Shown: positions 56,821 through 64,000 of the stretch, piece after piece
Layout: each line of letters starts with the position of its first letter
Position numbering within the stretch: the first letter of the stretch is position 1
DNA from: Epithemia pelagica
Lineage: Eukaryota > Protista > Bacillariophyta
NCBI GenBank assembly: GCA_946965045.2
Contig: OX337235.1
Location: 682,001 to 746,000 of the forward strand
Direction of reading: 5' to 3'
DNA: 64,000 bases
Program-made: the position numbers and the translations under genes
The notes under the pieces: model-generated
What the model saw: the letters and a program-made list of their open reading frames with translations, nothing else
Database searches by the model: none
What the model was told of the DNA's origin: nothing

Positions 56821-57987
56821 TCACGTATTGGTCCTCGCTCGTTTACAGGCTACTGTCGAGCGCGAGCCGGGTGTTTTCTTGGCATCTCGGATACAACTTT
56901 GTTCCTGACGATGGTGGTACCATTGGTTCGGTTGCTGCTCACAGAGTCGCCGAAAACACCACGTATGCCTGTCCATCAAGGATACTGTCTCACAGGAAGG
57001 ATACCCAGATCCACTAATCACGGCAATTTGATTGGCAACAGTCACCACACTGCAGTTTTGACGCATTTGTTTGAGTGGTGGGAGATTCCAGACATGGTTG
57101 CGGTACGTATCCAAAATATCCACAGTGTTGCCTTGTCCTGCCACAACCAGGCAGGATCTCACGGTGACCACGACCGGGTAAGGGAAACGCCGGCATTCGG
57201 AAAGGACAAAATCAGAGTGGGTCGTCCAACCGGGCGAAGAGGAAATGAGAGCCGCAACAGTCTCCTCCGTTGTCTCTTTACTGCCCAAAGGTTGCTTTGG
57301 AAAGTCCCAATACTCCACCGAGCGTCCAACTACAAAGATGCGGTCTTGCCCTAAAACGGTACTTGAACACCATTTTCGAGGAGTGTTCATGGATGGTCCC
57401 TCAATGACAGTGTGGTTGATGGTGTCAATAATGTCAACTGACGACAAGCCCCATTGCCGCCTATGGTTGCATCCACCCATCACCACAATGTAACGATTTT
57501 GAACTGCAACCGCGGAACATCCTTTCCGTCTCGTTGATAGTCGACATTTCAATGTTGTCCATTTCTTTTCGGGTCTCGCTGATGATTGCAGCAAATGATC
57601 CACGTCCATCCGTTCAATACAATTCAAATTTGTGCTTATTCTATCTCCACTGAAATGGCCTCCCAGAACGTAAACATCTCCATTGCACACCACCGCTGCA
57701 AACTTGCAACGTTTCTTGTTCATAGGTGGACCTTTTCGCCACCACTTGGATGGTTCTGATAAATCCAATAACAGCACGGAATTGAGAATGTCATGGACGT
57801 TTCGATGTCCTCCCATCACGGCTACCGTTTGTGCCTGGTCGTTGTTGGGATGATGGAGTACGACCGAAGCGTGGTACATACGCCATCCACCATCCAGAGG
57901 AGGCCAGTCCTCTTCCTTCCATTCGGCTGTCTCGTCCGACAAGACAAGCCCCGACTTCCATGCTGGCTCTTGCAGTGTCATTGTCAT
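56821..57987 (-). CDS. Kelch-repeat protein, copy 2 (about 388 aa)
   Basis: Collinear paralog of copy 1. Confidence 0.85.
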   Translation of the reverse strand: MTMTLQEPAWKSGLVLSDETAEWKEEDWPPLDGGWRMYHASVVLHHPNNDQAQTVAVMGGHRNVHDILNSVLLLDLSEPSKWWRKGPPMNKKRCKFAAVVCNGDVYVLGGHFSGDRISTNLNCIERMDVDHLLQSSARPEKKWTTLKCRLSTRRKGCSAVAVQNRYIVVMGGCNHRRQWGLSSVDIIDTINHTVIEGPSMNTPRKWCSSTVLGQDRIFVVGRSVEYWDFPKQPLGSKETTEETVAALISSSPGWTTHSDFVLSECRRFPYPVVVTVRSCLVVAGQGNTVDILDTYRNHVWNLPPLKQMRQNCSVVTVANQIAVISGSGYPSCETVSLMDRHTWCFRRLCEQQPNQWYHHRQEQSCIRDAKKTPGSRSTVACKRARTNT

Positions 57988-58654
57988 GCTTTGGACTTTT
58001 TGTGAACGATTGACCAAAGAGGTCGCAAGAAAGACAATCACACGTTGTGGATGTTGGAATGAAGTTTGTATGTCGGAATGAAGTTTGTACAAAGACAAAG
58101 ACACATTTTGGATGTTGGAATGAAGTTTGTAACCTTAACCGCTTTTGGATCGCTTTAAAAAGCAGAGACAAACCCAACACGGGACCATGTACGGATCCAT
58201 CTCGACTTTTGTTCCAAAGAAGATACAGATATACGGATTACGGATGCCCACCAAAGATCCAGAAAATCTTCCACACATGACTATACCTACCCTGTATCAT
58301 GGATCCACAAACAAAGAAGCGAGACTACAAGACCTTGTGGAATGATCTCACCTATAGTCGTTGTGTGTGATTGCGTTCAAGCCATCAAAAGGCACAGTGA
58401 TGCAACTCCACGACACTTTCTTATTCTAGGATCAAAACCGGCAGAATCATGGACCATGGACCATGCCATACAATGATGGAACCTACAGCGAGTATTGAAG
58501 TCGTTGTTTCGTCTAAAATTCCATTGGATGTCATTCTAAGGTAGTACGATTCTCTTGTCAATTTCTCGATTCGAAACCAGCTCATGGTGGATTCGCTATT
58601 CGCTTGCACAACGGATGCTCTCTGTCTCCCAGGGAAACTGTGTTCTGCTACACT

Positions 58655-59567
58655 CTAGACAAACTCCACAGATGGCGAGGAGGAAGATGGGGATAAGGGA
58701 TTCCCGTTCCTCTTGTTGTCTTTGTTGTTGGTCGACCTTTTTCGATGCTGACGTTGCAAGGTGGACAAGGAGTTGGAATGTCGCTTCTTGTTGTTGTTGG
58801 TGTAGTCGGTCGGTTGGTTGGTGTGGAGTGTCCACCCACGACACTGTTGGCGCCGCATGCGACGAGGAGGAGGAGAAGAAGCACACAATTCGTCACTCAA
58901 CAAAGAGGAAGAAGGGTTCTTGGCCGTTGACGATAAAGTGGACAAGCGACCTCGACGATTCAAATCCCCATTGCCAAAGAGTTGCAAATAATCGTCCATG
59001 GTCAAGACGGGAGGGACATTTGGTACCGTTGCATCACCAATTGCCCCGTGAGCTGGATCGGGAGAATGAGGCGTCGTTCTTGTCGAGTCGCGAAACCACC
59101 ACGAGATGAAACCATGGTCGTCCTCGGACTGGAGAAAAGGAGTCGGACGAACCAGGCGACGAGGACGACGGTGACGTGGAAAAGGACGCGTCTGTTGTCG
59201 CAAGAGGAGTTTCCTAATCGTAGCTGGCATGAATGTTGCGCAATTGATCGTGACGGGCTTGTCGCTGTTTGCCCAGTTGTTGTTCTTGTCGTTGTTGTTG
59301 CTGGTGGTTGCCACCATACCAAGCCAGGACTCCCATTCCATGAAGGACGACAAGAACAATACTGACAATGACAATCCGCACGACAACAGTTGTCTCGTTG
59401 GGCGAGGGCTGGTAACGAGAAGGAGGGTCCATGGGTACGCAACAGGCTGCCCATATGACTTGTGGATGCTGCTGCGACAACGAAGTCGACGAGGAATTTT
59501 GGGAAAACCAGACATTTTGCTCCATGGGCTGAAACAGGTTGGTCTCGCGAGGAAGCCACTGTATCAT
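58655..59567 (-). pseudogene. Single-pass membrane protein B, copy 2, 5'-truncated with TAG and a frameshift
   Basis: Aligns to copy 1 (QARHDQLRNIHASY, SPSVEFV). TAG 59214-59216 where copy 1 has Trp; the distal part is in another frame. Confidence 0.6.
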
Positions 59568-59932
59568 TTGCCACTGGGGGTGCCATGTCGTTGTGGAGTT
59601 GTTCGTAGTAGAGATTCACGAAACGGTCGTGGCCATGATGCGAGAAAACAAGTGAATCATTTTGTAAACTGCACTCTCCTTAATGATTTTGCTCCCCAAC
59701 GCATGTATGTCGTAGTTTATTCGGACATGTCAAATAGAAGAGAGTGATTCATGGAGAATAATCAACTTCTTTACTAGAATGATAAGCCTGCGCTATTTGG
59801 ACAAAACATTCACTGATCTATTTAGTAGTCTCTTCGTTGCTGAACATGCCATGTGTTCCACATTGCACAATTCCGTCCCTTTTAATCGCCACGTCACGTA
59901 TTGGTCCTCGCTCGTTTACAGGCTAATGTCGA

Positions 59933-61052
59933 TTACGAGCAGGGAGTTCGATTGGCATCTCGGATACCACATTGTTCCTGATGACGGTGGTACCATTCGT
60001 TCGGTTGCTGCTCACAGAGTCGTCGAAAACACCACGTATTCCGGTCCATCAAGGATACTTTCTCACAGGAAGGATACCAATATCCACTAATCACGGCAAT
60101 TTGATTGGCAAAAGTCACCACACTGCAGTTGTGACGGATTTGTTTGAGTGGTGGCAGATTCCAGACAAGATTGCGGTTCGTATCCAAAATTTTCACAGTG
60201 TTGCCTTTTCCTGCCACAACCAGGCAGGATCTCACAGCGGCCACTACCGGGTTAGGGAAACGCCAGTATTCGGAAATTACGAAATCAGAGTGGGTCGTCC
60301 AACCGGGCGAAGAGGAAATAAGTGCCGAAATAGTCCCCTCTGATGTCTCTTTATTGCCAAAAGGTTGCTTTGGAAAGTCCCAATACTCCACCGAGCCGTG
60401 TGCGACGCCTCCAACTACAAAGATGCGGTCTTGCCGTAAAACGGTACTGGAACACCATTCTCGAGGAGTGTTCATGGATGGTCCTTCAATGACATTGTGG
60501 TTGATGGTGTCAATAATCTCAACTGACGACAAGTCCAATCCTTGCCCTTGGTTCCATCCACCCATTACCACAACGAATCGATTTTGAACTGCAACAGCGG
60601 AACATCCTTTCCGTCTCGTTGATGGTCCATTTCTCTTTGGATCTTGCTGATGATTGCAGCAAATCATTGACATCCATCCGTTCCATACAATTTAAACTTG
60701 ACTTTTCATACAAACCTGAATTGCCTCCCAGAACGTAAACTCCTCCATTGCACACCACCGCGGCAAGTGCACAACGTCTCTTGTTCATAGGTGGTCCTTT
60801 TCGCCACCGCTTGGATGGTTCTGATAAATCCAATAACAGCACGGAATTGAGAATGCCTCGTCCTGTTTGAAGTCCTCCCAACACGACAACCGTTTGTGCT
60901 TGGTTGTTCTCGGGATGATCGAGTACGACCGAAGCGTGATAGGTACGCCATCCACCCTCCAGAGGTGGCCAGTCCTCTTCATTCCATTCTTCTGCCTCGT
61001 CCGACAAGACAAGCCCCGACTGCCATGCTTCCTCTTGCAGTGTCATCGTCAT
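59933..61052 (-). pseudogene. Kelch-repeat protein, copy 3, frameshifted by a deletion of about 17 bp near 60623
   Basis: Copy 1 TGGACAACATTGAGATGTCGACTATCAACG is reduced to TGGACCATCAACG. Confidence 0.8.
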
Positions 61053-61388
61053 GTACTTAGCAATTAGCAATCTTTGGACTTGACAGCAAAAGAGGTTTGT
61101 TGGAATAAAGTATTCAGCCGCTTTTAGGTCGCTTTAAAATAGGAGACAAACCCAACATGGCACCATGCAAAGATCCATCCACGAGGCTGAATAAATCCCG
61201 CCAACAGGTCGCATATTGGCGGATACATGGTCGCATATTGGCGAATATGCATCGCCTACATATGCTGCTACGCATCTAGGTAGTTTTCTAGTCATAATTT
61301 TGGTCTAGCCACTTGTTGCACGCCGTATACACCGTGTTATAGCGTGTAGTGGCAGGATTTATACAGTTTATCAAACCCAAACGCTGCA

Positions 61389-61460
61389 GCCGCAGTAGTT
61401 TAGTTGGTTTATGTACGATGTTGGCATGGAAGGTCTGGGGTTCGACTCCCCATGATTTAT
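61389..61460 (+). ncRNA. Degenerate tRNA-like sequence (pseudo-tRNA or SINE head)
   Basis: A-box-like TAGTTTAGTTGG and T-arm GGGG-TTCGACT-CCCC at tRNA spacing; acceptor and anticodon stems do not pair. Confidence 0.35.
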
Positions 61461-62084
61461 CGGACGACCGGCCGTTGGACCCTATATCGGGCCCCACCTC
61501 TCCGATGGTAAATCAAAATGACCAGATAGTGCATCGGCGTCCGACTGTCCCCTAACTATATTCCAATTTTAACCAGGACTATGCTGCCTCGGATATTCTA
61601 AATGCTAAGGTGCTCTGTTTGCACCATGTGAGAACTATGTCGAGTTTTGCTCTTTGCCTTTTGCCCGTACTGGCAGCGGCTGATCACCGCTTGGGTGTGT
61701 TCGCGCTAAGCTACTCGTCACGGTATGCTTGCGGCACTACTTATAGTTCACACTCGTGATGTGTGACCCATGGCACTCTCCCACGTGACGGGGAGCACTC
61801 GCTTAAGTGAGCGATTGTTTTGGTAATCTTTTCTCCATACATGAAAATATAGGTACCTCCTTTTGCACTGTGCCGACGCACACGTCCTAAGTATTTGTTC
61901 TCTGCCGACTGCAGCGCAAACGCAAGTCGACACTACTTGTGCACCTTAATTCCAGGTAGAATCGCGAAATCTGCAATCTGCATCACCTTTTGGCAATGCC
62001 TCCACACTTCTGTGTTTTTTTGCCTGTGTTTTGCTCTGAACCTCTCCTGCTTCTGGCTCTCTTGCTTTCCTTTTGCCTGCCACC

Positions 62085-64000
62085 ATGTCTTCATCCACTG
62101 CCCCTGAAAATCCCAAGGAAGATTTCAAGGCTGCCGTTAAACGCTGTGGATACAATGATGCCACCGTTACCTACATCATTGAGCAGGGTTTTGATGATGC
62201 TCAATTGTTCATGACTGCTGCGGTCCATCAAGTGCCGTCGATGTTGAAGATGATGGCAAAGACCCCTCCAGAGAACGGGGCCTTTCCCTTCAGTGCTAAC
62301 CTGCAGCTCCACGGCTTCCGAATGTGGCTCGAATACCGTTTGTCTCGTGGTCAGGCTCTTAAAGTCTCACTTTTCTCTGATCCGCCCCTGATCAAGAAAT
62401 GGACCAAACGTACCCAGGAACTGTTTGCACTCAACAAGGAAGTTGCCTCCGATGAACTGACCCCACCGAAAGAGTTGACTTCGTTTACTCAGTGGGAGGT
62501 GTTTAACGATGCCTTGCTCACGTTCCTCGCACAGCATCGCAATCCCACAACGGGTGTCCCTTTGACTTACATCCTTCGTTAAACTAAGCCTGTCGGTTCT
62601 AAAAGCAAGGAATGCTGCCTACGATACTATCGATGACGATTTGATTGCTACTACTATCCTGCAAGGTGATCAGTATGCCCTTGACAATCAACGCGTCTTC
62701 ACACTGATGAAACCTTTCCTTGTTGGCGGACCTGGCCTGACGTTCATCAAGCCACACCAAAAGAAGAAGGACGGCCGTGAGGCGTATCTTGCGTTGACTC
62801 GCCAAGCTACTGGAACAGCAGCTGTCACCATCCGCAAGAAAGAAGCATACGCTGCTATTGCCGACGCAAAGTTTACAGGCCGCGGTCGTTTCTCGTATCA
62901 ACAATATGTTCACCGCCATCAGAAAGCTCATAATACGTTGGCTGAACTTGATGAACCCGTTGCCAAAACCAAAAAGGTAACCGATTTCCTCAAAGGTATA
63001 TCGGATCCCTCTTTGGCGGCGGGAAAGACGGTCGTCAACGGTGACGCAGCAAAGCTTTCTGATTTTGAAGCATGCCAGCAGTATTTTGGCACGTTGATTG
63101 CTGCATCCCGTACCGACAAGACCAATGACGAGAATCGAAAGATTGCTGGTGTGGGTACGACTAAGACTAGTGGAAAGAAGAATGGTCGTAACAAGCAGAA
63201 TAAAAAGAAGACGCGTCATTACAGTTTGGATGAATGGCGCAAGCTCTCTGATGAAGAGAAGGCCGAAATCCTCCGTGCCCGTAAAGAACAGAAAGACAAA
63301 GAACAGAAAGACGCTAATGGAAAGCGCAAGGCCGGAGCCGTGCGAACTGAAGATGAAAATGGCTCTCGCAAGTTGAGTAAAACTGAAACTCCAAAGTCTG
63401 ATGACATGAAATTGGAGACCACTGACCTGGATGGGGACGACGCGCCGAACCATTCCGAGCCTGATCCTCCTGTTGCTGATGAACCGACTGTTCCCAAAAC
63501 CTCAGCCGGAAACAGTTTCGGACGCTTTGCCCATAGTAAAAAAGGATCTACAAAGCCGCACAACCCTGATGAAACCAAGGAGCCTACAACTGCCGTTGCG
63601 AAAGCTGCCCTTGCTGATAAGGCCACAAAGCAGACCTGAGGCTGTGTGCCCAGTGATGAAATTGATAAAACAAATCTTATCCGTCCACATTTCTCACTTG
63701 TAGGCACCCCTACCTTCAGCTTAGCCTTTGCACACCGTTTATGTGCTGCCGTATCACAGTCCCATACCACTGATCCGATTGATCTGACATGTGAAATGGA
63801 CTCGCATGCTGACACTTGTTGTGTTGGTCGCAACTTTGTGAAATTCAGGGAACCTGACCGTTACATCACTGTTTCCCCACTCTCAGAGGAATATAAACCC
63901 CTCGAGCGTATCCCCGTCACCACGACCGCCACTGTCTGGACTGATGCCCACAACAATAGTTATCTATTGCTGTTTCACGAGTCGTTATTCTTCGGGGACC
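62085..64000 (+). mobile_element. 5' part of a third, degenerate copia-like element (gag 62085-63639, protease from 63640), truncated by the window edge
   Basis: Gag GVPLTYILR..DNQRVF..DGREAYLAL..KKVTDFLKGI, with TAA 62580-62582 and a frameshift near 62600. Protease EMDSHADTCCVG is in the same frame after TGA. LTR not delimited. Confidence 0.8.

Noticed and set aside
61500-62080. 5' LTR and PBS of element 3
   Set aside because: The 3' LTR is outside the window and no convincing tRNA-complementary site was found, so boundaries are not called.

Overview
Eukaryotic, intron-containing DNA, most likely from a pennate diatom. This is inferred from short GT-AG introns, CoDi-like Ty1/copia elements, PSxxPS linkers, signal-peptide SET proteins and a diatom-type CRAL-TRIO protein; no database search was run. 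From left to right: a secreted-type SET methyltransferase gene internally triplicated in frame (2065-bp units, predicted 1914 aa, six SET domains); three damaged paralogs of a secreted Cys-rich/beta-propeller protein; a DEG/ENaC channel pseudogene; a ubiquitin-like/Zn/RING-H2 gene; a double sulfotransferase-like gene; two full-length Ty1/copia retrotransposons inserted independently into one propeller paralog; a DHHC palmitoyltransferase; a CRAL-TRIO-bZIP fusion; a phosphatidylserine decarboxylase pseudogene; an SDR; a tandem Kelch plus membrane-protein cassette; and the 5' part of a third copia element. The main signals are these. (1) All three copia elements have gag and pol in one frame separated by a single UGA; element 1 has a CARYYA motif, 8-nt spacer and GC hairpin, as in programmed readthrough. 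(2) Elements 1 and 2 have no canonical TGG PBS and instead match two different internal parts of initiator tRNA-Met (D-arm and anticodon arm). (3) A lipid-binding CRAL-TRIO domain is fused to a canonical bZIP. (4) The SET gene is an in-frame polyprotein whose duplicated introns allow a ladder of isoforms.
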